NCBI GenBank assembly: GCA_963778655.1
Contig: CAVZVA010000010.1
Span: 480,001 to 544,000 of the forward strand
DNA: 64,000 nt
Direction of reading: 5' to 3'
DNA from: an uncultured delta proteobacterium
GTDB taxonomy: Bacteria; Myxococcota_A; Polyangia; Polyangiales; JAFGIB01
Shown here: one piece after another, positions 45,814 through 55,900 of the stretch
How the letters are laid out: each line of letters starts with the position of its first letter
How positions within the stretch are numbered: the first letter of the stretch is position 1
The notes under the pieces: generated by a model
Seen by the model: the letters and a program-made list of their open reading frames with translations, nothing else
Told to the model about the DNA's origin: nothing
The model's database searches: none
Position numbers and translations under genes: made by a program

Positions 45814-47001
45814 TCAGCGCGGCGCGAACGAGATCGGCAGCACGGTCGGGCCGTTGATCCCGAGCGGCGGCGCGAACACCGCGCCCGGCTCGAGCTTGGG
45901 GCAATGCATGCGCCGTGTGAGGGCGATCAGCGACTCCTGCAGCTCCGCACGCGCCAGTGCCGCGCCCAGACAGTGATGGGCGCCCTGGCCGAACGCCACC
46001 TGCACGCCGGCGCGGTTGTCGTCCACCGCGAACTCGTCGGGCCGCGGGAACTCGCGCCGGTCGCGATTGGCCGACCAGATCGAGCCGACGATCGAGCTGC
46101 CGGCCGGCACTCGCTCGCCGAACAGCTCGAGATCCTCGAGCGCGCGCCGCCCGAAACCGGTGGCGGTGGAGCGGAAGCGCAGCACCTCTTCGATCACGTC
46201 GCGCGCGCGTTCCGGCTCCTGCGCCACGCGGTCCCATTCCCGCGGCACCTCGGACAGCACCGTGATCATCCAGCCCAGCTGGTTCTTGGTGGTCTCGTGC
46301 CCGGCGAAAACCAGACCGGCGATCGAGCCCCGAATCAGGTCTTCGTCGATGCCCGATTCCTCGTCCATGGCGGCCGCGATCCGTGTCACCAGGTCGTCCT
46401 TGGGGTCGGCACGGCGCTGCGCGACCAGCTCGTCGGCGTACGCCAGCAGGTGCGCCAGCGCCCGATCGACGTCCGCGATCTTGGCCGGCAGCAGCACGAA
46501 GTTGAAGCCCAGCCCGATCGTGTCCGCCCAGCCGCTGAAGCGGTCGCGATCGGCAGCCGGCACGCCGATCAGCTCGCACAGCCCGAGCGCCGGCAGCTGG
46601 CGCGCGAACGCGTGTACGAAGTCGCAGCGCCCGAGCGGCAGCAGGGCGTCGGTCAAGCGCGCGGCCTCGGCGCTCAAGAACGGTCGCAGGCGCTCCACGC
46701 TGCGCGGCGTGAACGCGCGCGCCATCAGTTGGCGCCACATCCGATGCGTATCGCCTTCCATGTCGAGCGGCGACTTGCTCATCCAGTCGTAGAACGGCCC
46801 CGAGCTGACCCCGAATTGCTCCATCACCTGCGTAAACGCGGGGCGCAGCTTGTCGCTCTGCCCGAGAGCGCGCACCTCCGCGTGCCGCACGACCATCGGC
46901 CCGACCTCGGTCTCCATCACCGGACCCGCCTCGCGCGCGGCTTTGAGCGTCGCGTCGGGGTCGGCCAGAAAGTCCGCCAGAGGAACCATCGATTTGCTCA
47001 T
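45814..47001 (-). CDS. Cytochrome P450
   Basis: ARAFTPRSVERLRP, FAGHETT, EEVLR, SANRD, AFGQGAHHCLG. Start taken at MSKSMVP. Confidence 0.94.
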   Translation of the reverse strand: MSKSMVPLADFLADPDATLKAAREAGPVMETEVGPMVVRHAEVRALGQSDKLRPAFTQVMEQFGVSSGPFYDWMSKSPLDMEGDTHRMWRQLMARAFTPRSVERLRPFLSAEAARLTDALLPLGRCDFVHAFARQLPALGLCELIGVPAADRDRFSGWADTIGLGFNFVLLPAKIADVDRALAHLLAYADELVAQRRADPKDDLVTRIAAAMDEESGIDEDLIRGSIAGLVFAGHETTKNQLGWMITVLSEVPREWDRVAQEPERARDVIEEVLRFRSTATGFGRRALEDLELFGERVPAGSSIVGSIWSANRDRREFPRPDEFAVDDNRAGVQVAFGQGAHHCLGAALARAELQESLIALTRRMHCPKLEPGAVFAPPLGINGPTVLPISFAPR

Positions 47002-47103
47002 GACATCAAGGGGACGCTGGGGCCCAAGCGCTGTCAAGCCGGCCGTGGACGCCACCGCTTCGGCCACGTCGCCGCGCACGGCCGCCCTGCTATCCTCGGC
47101 GTC

Positions 47104-47496
47104 ATGGCGCTCGTGCTGCACATCACGCACCGGGCGGCGTGGGCCGAGGCCCAGCGCGCCGGGGTCTACGCGCCGGCGTCGCTGCGCAGCGAGGGCTTCA
47201 TCCACTGCTCGACCGCCGAGCAGACCGCGCAAACCGCGGCCGCGTTCTTCGCGGGCCAGCGCGAGCTGGTGCTGTTGGTGATCGACGCGGCGCGCGTGCG
47301 CGCCCCGTTGCGCTACGAGCCGGCCGCGGGCGATCCCGGCGCGCAGCGCGATGGGCTGTTTCCGCACCTCTACGGCGCGCTCGAGCTCGACGCGGTGCTC
47401 GACGCGCTCGACTTCCCCGAGGATCCGGGCGGCGGCTTCAGCCTGCCAGCGCGCGTGCGCGTGCTGCAGGATGCGGCAGGCAAGACGCCGGCCTGA
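47104..47496 (+). CDS. DUF952 family protein
   Basis: LHIT...W..AQ..G.Y...SL..EGFIHCS...LRYE...FPHLYGAL. Confidence 0.9.
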   Translation: MALVLHITHRAAWAEAQRAGVYAPASLRSEGFIHCSTAEQTAQTAAAFFAGQRELVLLVIDAARVRAPLRYEPAAGDPGAQRDGLFPHLYGALELDAVLDALDFPEDPGGGFSLPARVRVLQDAAGKTPA

Positions 47497-47502
47497 CGCG
47501 CG

Positions 47503-48597
47503 TCAGGTGCGCCGGCGCCAGAAGCGCGCGGTGACGTGCACCGGCAGCGCGGCCCGGTAGTCCTTGGGCGTGACGCCGAACCAGCGGCGGAAGGCGCGGT
47601 GAAACGCGGGCGGATGCGCAAAGCCGAGCTGGTGCCCGATCTCGGCCACGCTGAGCTGGGACTGGCGCAGCGCGCGCTGGGCGTGGTCGCGGCGCAGGCG
47701 GTCGAGCAGCGCGCTGTAGGTGGTGCCGTGCTGGCGCAGGCGCGAGCGCAGCGCGCCCGGGCTCATGTGCAGGCGCGCGGCCACGCGCTCGAGCGCCGCG
47801 CCGCGATCGAGCTCGCGCTCGATCGCCTCGCGCACCTTGGCTGGAAACAGGCTCTGACCCGCGAGCGCGGCCAGCTCCTGGTCGGCCAGGCGCGTGAGCA
47901 CCGCGTGCAACACCGGGTCGGCCGTGCGCAGGGGATGGGCGAGCATGCTGCCCGGAAACACGATCGCGTTGTGCTCGCAGTCGAAGCGCACGGGTGCGCC
48001 GAAGATCTCGGGGAACACCGCGGCGTGCGCAGGGGCCGCATGCGCGAAGCGGATCTCGATCGGCGGCTGCACCCCCTCGAGCTGCAAGTGCAGGATCGAC
48101 ATGGCGAAGTTGCTCGCCAGGCCGAACTCGTGAATCGCGTCGGGCGCTTCGAGCCCGGGCGCGATGCGAAAGCGCGACTCGGCGCGGTCGCCCTCGACGT
48201 GCAGCTCTAGCTCGGCCGAAATCAACAGCGGGTAGTAGTGGCTGAGGCACGCGCTCGACTCGGCCAGCGTGTTGCAGCTGCCACACAGGTACTCGAGCAG
48301 CTCGTAGTCGCCGCGTTGCAGCCTCATCCCGGCGCGCAGGGGAGCCGACGGATCACCGAAGACCTCGATGAACTCGAGCAGAAGCTCGATCACGAGCCCG
48401 TGCGGCAAGCGCAGCGTGGGGTCGGGCTCGATCTCCGCGAACGAGAGGCCCCAGCGCTCGCAGGCCCGCTCGCTGCGGTCGAGGGCGCTGTTGATCTTGT
48501 CCGGGCCGGCCTCTTCGAGCAGGCGCATAAAGGGCGCGAGCGCCGTCAGGCTCACCGTCGCGTGCGGCGGGGTCGGAGCGTCTGCGTCGGTCATCAC
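47503..48597 (-). CDS. AraC-family transcriptional regulator
   Basis: C-terminal dual HTH: VAARLHMSPGALRSRL...VAEIGHQLGFAHPPAFHRAFRRWFGVTPKDYR; N-terminal ligand domain with IFGAPVRF. Confidence 0.93.
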   Translation of the reverse strand: MMTDADAPTPPHATVSLTALAPFMRLLEEAGPDKINSALDRSERACERWGLSFAEIEPDPTLRLPHGLVIELLLEFIEVFGDPSAPLRAGMRLQRGDYELLEYLCGSCNTLAESSACLSHYYPLLISAELELHVEGDRAESRFRIAPGLEAPDAIHEFGLASNFAMSILHLQLEGVQPPIEIRFAHAAPAHAAVFPEIFGAPVRFDCEHNAIVFPGSMLAHPLRTADPVLHAVLTRLADQELAALAGQSLFPAKVREAIERELDRGAALERVAARLHMSPGALRSRLRQHGTTYSALLDRLRRDHAQRALRQSQLSVAEIGHQLGFAHPPAFHRAFRRWFGVTPKDYRAALPVHVTARFWRRRT

Positions 48598-48660
48598 ATC
48601 GCCTGGGCGTTACCCCTGGCGCCGAGAATCCTACCAGATGTTCGTCTGCTCGTGACGCGG

Positions 48661-48873
48661 TCAGGGCGGCGGCCTCGGCCGTCCTTCGCAGATCGCCACG
48701 CAGATGTCGAAGGACCGCTGGCACTGCGCTCTGTTCGCCGCAGTGGCTGCATGGACGGTGCACCCCGATCGATCTTGGTCGCACGCCTGTTCGCAGGTCG
48801 TGTCGGCACACGCCGACCCCACGACGATGAGCGCAACCGACGCAGCGGCTTTCAGCCAAGCGCGACGTTCCAT
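48661..48873 (-). CDS. Small Cys-rich lipoprotein (70 aa)
   Basis: MERRAWLKAAASVALIVVGSAC lipobox followed by six symmetrically spaced Cys. Confidence 0.6.
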   Translation of the reverse strand: MERRAWLKAAASVALIVVGSACADTTCEQACDQDRSGCTVHAATAANRAQCQRSFDICVAICEGRPRPPP

Positions 48874-49075
48874 CGCGAATGAAGAGAGCAAGGACGGTGC
48901 CAGGAGCAATGGCCCGGAGTCGCCGTATGCTGGCAAGCAAGCTCACGCTCCCAGTGTGAACGCCGGACAACACCTGTAGCGCCGGCGCTTCACCTGCCGG
49001 GCGTGCTCACCTCATCGCTCGGGCGAGCTGACCCGTGCGAGGGCGGAAGCGCAACTGTGTCGTGGTTGCTCGCTG

Positions 49076-50434
49076 GTGAGCTTTCGGCGCATGACCTCCG
49101 CTTCGAAGCCGTGCCTCGTTGCGCTCCTCGCCCTGCTGGCCGCGGCCTGCGCGCGTGATGCCGGCAAGTCGGCGGCCGGCGCCGGCGGCACGGGCGGCAT
49201 CCTTGTGCCAGGCGCCGGCGGGGGGCCGGCGAGGGCCAACGTCGGCGCGGCGCCCGGCGCGGCGCTGCCGGGGCAAGGCGGGGAATCGCCCGCGGCCGGC
49301 ACTGGGGGTGCCGGGACTGCACCGGCGGGCGGAGCGGGCGGAACGGGGGGATACGGTGGAACGGGCGGTCTCGCGGCGACCGGCGGCGATGCGGCGGGAA
49401 CGGCGGGGCTGGGCGGCGCCGGGGGGGCCGGCGGAATGTCGGGCGACGGCACGACGGGCGGCGCCGGGCCAAGCACCGGCAACGCTGGCACAGCCGGCGC
49501 GGCGCCGTGCACGCCGCCGCTGGCGGGCTCGCACGGGATGAACCCGCTCTTCACCGATCAATACACGGCCGACCCGGCGCCGTTCGTACACGGCTGCACG
49601 TTCTACATCACCTGCGGGCACGACGAGGGAACCACCGGCTTCGTGATGAAGGAATGGTTTCTGCTGGCGTCGACCGACATGGTCCACTTCACGAAGAAGG
49701 TGGCGCTCTCGCTGCAGGAGTTTGCCTGGGCCAACGCCAACGCCTGGGCCGGACAGATGGTTGCGAAGAACGGCAAGTTCTACTGGTTCGTGCCCGTCAA
49801 CGAGAACGGCGGGGGCATGGCGATCGGGGTCGCCGTGTCCGATAGCCCGACGGGCCCCTTCAAGGACGCGATCGGCAAGCCCCTGATCAACGACGCCTTC
49901 GAGATGTCGAACATGGGATTCAAGACCCCGTCCGATACCCCCTACACCATCGATCCCAGCGTGTTCGTCGACGACGACGGGCAGGCCTACCTCCACTACG
50001 GCGGCTTCTCGCGCATGGTCGAGGCGAAGCTCGGCGACGACATGATCTCGATCAGCGGCAAGATGCAGGAGAGCACGCCGCGCGGGTACTTCGAGGCCGC
50101 GTATCTGACCAAACACGCGGGCACCTACTACGAGATCTACGCCGCCGGCGCGAACCCGGCGACCATCGACTACGCGACCTCGAGCAGCCCGCTGGGGCCG
50201 TGGACGTACGGTGGCCGCATCCTGGATGCGCTGCCCGGCGTACCAGGACAGGACGCGCCGACCAACCACGCCGGAGTCGCGGAGCTCGCCGGACAGTGGT
50301 ACTTCGTCTATCACCTGAGCAACGGCCCGAACGGCGGCGGCACCTATCGCCGCGAAGTCGCGATCGAGAAGCTCACGTTCGACGCGGACGGCTCGATCCA
50401 GAAGCTGACCCCGACTTCGGGGTTGAGCTTTTAG
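49076..50434 (+). CDS. GH43 glycoside hydrolase lipoprotein (arabinofuranosidase/xylosidase-like)
   Basis: Lipobox LAAAC; Gly/Ala/Thr linker; YTADPAP, AWAGQM, IGVAVSDSPTGPF, IDPSVFVDDDGQAYL, YFEA, TNHAG. Confidence 0.92.
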   Translation: MSFRRMTSASKPCLVALLALLAAACARDAGKSAAGAGGTGGILVPGAGGGPARANVGAAPGAALPGQGGESPAAGTGGAGTAPAGGAGGTGGYGGTGGLAATGGDAAGTAGLGGAGGAGGMSGDGTTGGAGPSTGNAGTAGAAPCTPPLAGSHGMNPLFTDQYTADPAPFVHGCTFYITCGHDEGTTGFVMKEWFLLASTDMVHFTKKVALSLQEFAWANANAWAGQMVAKNGKFYWFVPVNENGGGMAIGVAVSDSPTGPFKDAIGKPLINDAFEMSNMGFKTPSDTPYTIDPSVFVDDDGQAYLHYGGFSRMVEAKLGDDMISISGKMQESTPRGYFEAAYLTKHAGTYYEIYAAGANPATIDYATSSSPLGPWTYGGRILDALPGVPGQDAPTNHAGVAELAGQWYFVYHLSNGPNGGGTYRREVAIEKLTFDADGSIQKLTPTSGLSF

Positions 50435-50769
50435 AACGCGCCAGCGGCCGCCGTTGCAGAGCGGCCCCGCCCCGGCGTAGTCGTTTTGGCAGTCCGGCGC
50501 GCACACACGCCGCGGCGTGCATCACCGAGTGGGCGCCGCGCCCCCGACCGCTACGCGTCGTTCCAGAACGTAGAACGTGAAAGGCGCGGGCCGAGACTGA
50601 TTTCACGACCCCGCCGGTACTTACCCGCAAGCTACGCGTGCCGCTGAAGCGGCGAGCCCCGCCACGGGCCGGGCCGCTGTGCCCCGAGAAATCGCAGCGG
50701 CAGCAGGAACACCAGGACGCACGCCCGCGCGCGACCGGGCTCTGCCCCGCCGCACGGACGACCTCGCGG

Positions 50770-51075
50770 ATGAAGCGACAAATGCCTTGGCCCCTGAAAC
50801 CGCGCGCATCGTTCGGTCAGCCTTGGATCGGTTTGAGCGCGCGCAGCTTGCGCTGGCTGGTCGGGGCGCTCGCCGTTGCGCTCGCGCTGACGGCCCTGGA
50901 GGGCTGCGCGCACGTGCAGCCCTCGCAGCGCGAAAGACTGGCGAGCCCGGCGATGCGCTTCGAGATGGATCCGGTTGCCGATGGGCAACGCGATTCGGTC
51001 CACGAGATCACCGAGGGCGGAACCTTCCCAAGCGCCGGCCCGGGCAACGCCGGCGCTGGCTGTGGCTGCAATTGA
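50770..51075 (+). CDS. DUF4266-family small lipoprotein
   Basis: LEGCAHVQPSQRERLASPAM...GAGCGCN C-terminus. The start is uncertain. Confidence 0.8.
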   Translation: MKRQMPWPLKPRASFGQPWIGLSARSLRWLVGALAVALALTALEGCAHVQPSQRERLASPAMRFEMDPVADGQRDSVHEITEGGTFPSAGPGNAGAGCGCN

Positions 51076-52562
51076 GACGTTTCACGGCCATCGCAGTGTT
51101 GCTGTTGATCGGCCTGCGCAGCAGCACGACGCGCGCCGATCCTGCGCTCAGCCCGTCGAGCGCCGAGCAGGCGCCCTCCGCCGAGCAGGCAGCCCCAGAG
51201 ACCCCGCCGCCCGCCGGCGCGGGCTCACAGGCACCGGCGCCGGAACCGACACCGGCGCCGAGCATCGACTGGCAGCACGCGTGGAGACCACCGCCCCCCG
51301 TCGATGCGCCGAGCCCACCGACCACGCAAGCCCCCACGGGCGCCTCGGCCGACTCCATGGGCGCCTCGGCCGACTCACAGCGCGATCAAGAGCGACCCGA
51401 CGCGGTTCCGGAAGGCGAAGCGCCCGAGGACGACGGCCAGCCCGTCACCGGCACGCTCCGAGGCGGCGTCTACGCCGACAGCGATCGGACGACCGTTCTG
51501 CGCGCGCTGGGGGTGGTGGCGCACAGTTGGGAGCACTGGGCGCTGAGCGGAAGCCTCGGCGTCGACTCGGTGACCAGCGCCTCGGTCGACGTGCGCTCGT
51601 CGCCGGCGCTGAGCAAAGTCGATGTGATCACCAGCGCGTCCGGCCGCAGCTCGACCTCCGGGGGCAAGATGACCGACACGCGTTTCCAGGCCACCGGTAC
51701 GATCGGCTGGAAGGGCGGCTCGGGTGCCGCCGTGAACCTCACGACCGCGGCGGCCAAGGAGCGTGACTACGCCAGCGTCAGCGGCGGGCTCAACGGATCG
51801 GTCGACGTGCTCGACCGATCGATTACGCTGCTCGGCGGCGCCGCGCTCACGGACAACTGGGTTTCGAGCGTCCTCGATGCGAGCCTACATCGCAAGATGC
51901 TTGCGCCAGCGTGGTCGGCCGGGGCTGCGTTCGTGCTGACGCCCGACGACGCGCTGCGGCTGCGCTACGACGGCAAGGCCTCGGAAGGCTACCAATCGTC
52001 ACCCTACCGCAGCGTGCGTTTCGGCGACTGGACGGCGCGTCTGGGAACGCAACAGATCACCTTCATGAACACGATCGGATCCGCCGCGGGGCTGCCGGAA
52101 CATGTGCCCGAGAGCCGGGTGAGTCACGCCGCGGTGTTGGAGTGGCTGCACTCACTGGGGCCCGACTTAGGGCTTCATCCGGAGCTGCGAGTCTCACGGG
52201 ACACCTGGAGCATCGAGAGCTTGAGCGCCGGCGTCGACTTGCGGGTCGCAGCCCACGCGTGGCGCCTGCAGGCCGGCTACCGATTCTACCTGCAGTCGAA
52301 GGCCTACTTCTTCCAAGACAAGTACATCGACGCGCCGGCCGCCTACCCATACTACAGCTCCGACAAGGAGCTCGGAGACGAGGTCGGTCACCTGGTGCGG
52401 CTGGACCTGGCATTCGTGCTGAGCGACGCCTACGGCCCCAACGAGTCGCGCGCACTGCTGAACCTCCAGCTCGAAGGCGCTCACTACAAGTACCCGGGCT
52501 TCGTGCTGCTGCCGTCGCGCGACAGCATCTTCGCGGGGTTAGGGATCACGTGGGAGCTCTGA
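51072..52562 (+). CDS. DUF3570-family outer-membrane protein
   Basis: TTG start overlapping the upstream TGA; YADSDRTTV, VDSVTSAS, KERDYAS, GYQSSPYR, YRFYLQS, SSDKEL; ends LGITWEL. Confidence 0.8.
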   Translation: MRRFTAIAVLLLIGLRSSTTRADPALSPSSAEQAPSAEQAAPETPPPAGAGSQAPAPEPTPAPSIDWQHAWRPPPPVDAPSPPTTQAPTGASADSMGASADSQRDQERPDAVPEGEAPEDDGQPVTGTLRGGVYADSDRTTVLRALGVVAHSWEHWALSGSLGVDSVTSASVDVRSSPALSKVDVITSASGRSSTSGGKMTDTRFQATGTIGWKGGSGAAVNLTTAAAKERDYASVSGGLNGSVDVLDRSITLLGGAALTDNWVSSVLDASLHRKMLAPAWSAGAAFVLTPDDALRLRYDGKASEGYQSSPYRSVRFGDWTARLGTQQITFMNTIGSAAGLPEHVPESRVSHAAVLEWLHSLGPDLGLHPELRVSRDTWSIESLSAGVDLRVAAHAWRLQAGYRFYLQSKAYFFQDKYIDAPAAYPYYSSDKELGDEVGHLVRLDLAFVLSDAYGPNESRALLNLQLEGAHYKYPGFVLLPSRDSIFAGLGITWEL

Positions 52563-52943
52563 GCCTAAGGAGCACGGCCTTGAGATCGACCAGATGGTGC
52601 GCGCTGAGCCCATGCAGAACGCCCGATCCTGCGGGTGCCGGCAGCGCTCCTCCTCCGCCGTGACGCGGCAGCACATCCCCGCGCTATCGTCGCGCCACCG
52701 AGCGCGATCCGCACGCAGCACGCCCCTGCATCGGCATGACTTGATCGCGCCCGACACGGGCGCTATCCCGCGCTGATGGGCCAGCACCAGAGCTCGGCGG
52801 CCCCGACGACCGCGCGGCCTCCCAGGCTCGGGCACAGGACGCGGGAACCCAGAGGCGCGGGCGGGCGATCGCACGGCGCCCGGCTGGGTCGGGGACACTT
52901 GGCCGCGGGTGAGCCTACGTGGTAGAGGCGAGGACTCGCGGCC

Positions 52944-55900
52944 ATGTGGGGAACCTTCGCTTTCACGCTCGAGGGGGCACGTTTTTTGCTGGCGGACGCG
53001 TTCGAGGGGGACGCGCTGGGCGCAGAGTGGTCGCGGATGGAGCCGGGCGCGGCGCTCGCGGTCTTCGATGCGCTGATCCGGCGCTCCAGCGACGCCGATG
53101 GCGTGCTCGCACGCATCTTGAGCGAGGTCGACGGCCGTCCGACCGATGACGCGACCACCGCGGTCGGCGCGAGAGCGAGACGCGAGCGGGTCATGCGGGA
53201 GCTGGGCGATCCGGTGGGCCGTATCGCGCTGTTCGAACGCCAGCCGCCCTCGCTCTCCGGCCCCGCCCCGCGCGACCTCGAGCCGGTGGTGCTGGCCGAG
53301 CCCGAGCCGGAGCAGGACGAAGCCACGTTCATCACCTTCGAGCTGTTCGACCAGACGGGCGAGCGCCTGCAGGGCTTGCCGTTCGAGCTCGAGATCGACG
53401 GCGACGTGGTCCAGACCGGCACGCTGCAGCTCGGGCACGTGCACCGCGAGGATTCGGATCCCGGCGCGAGCGGTACGCTGCGGCTGCCAGAAGAAGAGTC
53501 CGTCACCGACCAGAGCCTGACCATTCGCCTCACCGGCACGGACGGCAAGCCGGTCGCGGCCGCGGCCTTCGAGCTGGTGCTAGCCGACGGTACGCGGCGC
53601 ACGGGCACGCTCGACGACGCGGGCAGCACCACGCTGTCTCAGTTGGCTGCGGGCAAGGCCTTGCTCTCGTTCAGCGATCCCCCACCGGCGGCGTTCTTGC
53701 TCGGCGCCCGACCGGTCGACGGCCGGCGCATCGAGGTCGCTGTCGGCGGCACGGCCGAGATCACGCTCGGGCCGCGCGAGCTGCCGGTGCTGGAGCTCGG
53801 CGACATCAACTTCCGGCTGGACCGCGCGGTGTTCGCGCCGCCGCTGTCCGAGGCAGAAATCGCGCGCACCTCGGGCAAGGACCCGCAGGCCGAGCCGGTC
53901 GGACCGCCCGCGCCCGAGCAGCGCGCGCTCGCAGCCGAGGCGGTGCTCGCCCGTGCGTTCCGCTTCCTGGCGCAGAACCCGCACAAGCTGGTGTGCCTGG
54001 CGGGCCATACCGACAAGAGCGGATCCTCGTCACACAACGACAAGTTGTCGGAGGACCGTGCGCTCAGCGTCGCGCTCTACCTCAAGGCCGGCGCCCGCGC
54101 CGAGTGGGCCGAGCACGCATTCAAGAACGCGCAGGCCGACGATTACCAGCAAGCGCTGACGCTCGCGCACCTGGTGCGCGGCTACTACTGCAACCCGCGC
54201 GGCATCGACGGCGACTTCGGCGACAAGAGCAAACAGGCGCTGAAGAGCTTCAAGCTCGCCTACAACGCGGACTTCGCAGGCTCGCTGAAGGTGGACGACC
54301 AGCGTCGCGAGGAAGACTGGCTCGCGTTCTACGACATCTACGACGGCGTGCTCGCGCCGTGTCTGGGGTTGACGCCCGAGCAGCTCGCGCTGGAGCGCGA
54401 GCGCGTGGTGCTCACCGAGCCGGCGGTGCTCGGCTGCGGCGAGCGCTTCCCGCTCGGCGACGCCGGCGACCCCGACGCTCCGCCGGCGCAGTACGCCCCA
54501 CGCGACCGCCGCGTCGACATCCTGTTCCTCGACGCCGACGATCGCGCCGACCTGCGCGCGCAGCCGCCGGGGGACGCGATCTACGGAAAAGGCGCGTTCG
54601 TGCTGCAGGGCATCCCCGTCACCGACTTCCCACCGCGTCCCGAGCGGCCGGTGATCGAGGTGCTCGAGGTGAGCGATGCCAACTTCGACAGCGGCCATTG
54701 CGTGCTGTTGCCCTCCACCATCCCCGGCGTCGACGCGCCCGGGATCAGCGCGAAACACACCTTTGGCAAGCTGTTCAAGACGCTGTCGGCCAACAACGAC
54801 CAGCGCCTGCTCTGCATCGCCGGCCACACCGACAGTCAGGGCAGCGACGCCGACAATGACGCGCTCTCCGCGGACCGCGCCGAGAACGTGCTGCGCTACC
54901 TCACGGGCGATCTCGATGGCTGGGCCGAGCACGCGTTCGCGCGCCACAAGGATTCCGACTACCAGCGCATCTTGCGGTGGATCTCGATGCAGCAGGGCTG
55001 GAGCGACGCCGACCCCGGGGAGATCGACGGCAAGCTCGGCAGCAAGTCCAAGGCCGCGCTGAAGGCGTTCCGCCGGCACTTCAATCAGAGCTTCGCCGGC
55101 CAAGCCGGATTCGCGCTCGACGAGGACGCCGATCCGTTCGAGGGCGACTTTCACGGCTTCTTCTTCCTGTATGATCTGGCGCTCGCGCAGGAGCTGAAGA
55201 CCGACGACGCGGGCTTGGCCGAGGCGCGCGGCAACCTGCGCTTCGCCCCGATCGGCGCGCTCGGCTGCGGCGAGCACTGGACGATCGAGGCGATCGGCGA
55301 GGACGATCATCCGAGCAAGCGCAACCGCCGCGTCGACATCCTGCTGCTCGATCCCGACAACCTGCCTGAGCTGCACGTGCTGCCGCTGGGCTTGATCGTG
55401 TACGGCCTGGGGCGCTTCGAGCTGAAGTACATCAACCAGAAGATCCGCGTACCGGTGCTCGACTTGGCGGACACGCACTTCAGGACCAACCGCGCGGTGC
55501 TGGCACCCGCCCCGAGGGCGCCCGCTTCCGCGAACAGCACGCAGAGCACCGCCGCCCCTGAACCAGCTTTCGAGCGCCGTTTCGCCGACCTGTTCAAGGT
55601 CCTCGAGCGCTTTCCGAACAAGCAGTTGCTGGTCGCCGGCCATACCGACTCGGTCGGCAGCGAGCAGAGCAACGACGAGCTGTCCGCGGACCGCGCCGAG
55701 AGCGTGCTGTTCTACGTCGCCGGCAAGAAGGACGCCTGGGCTGACCACGCCCAGAAGCACTCGGCCGCGGAAGACTACCAACAGGCGCTGACCTGGGTCG
55801 CCCAGCAGAAGCCGCAGTACGGCTGCGATCCGAACGGCATCGACAACGACTTCGGTGGCGGCAGCAAGCGCGCGCTGGTCGCGTTCAAGCGCGGGTACAA

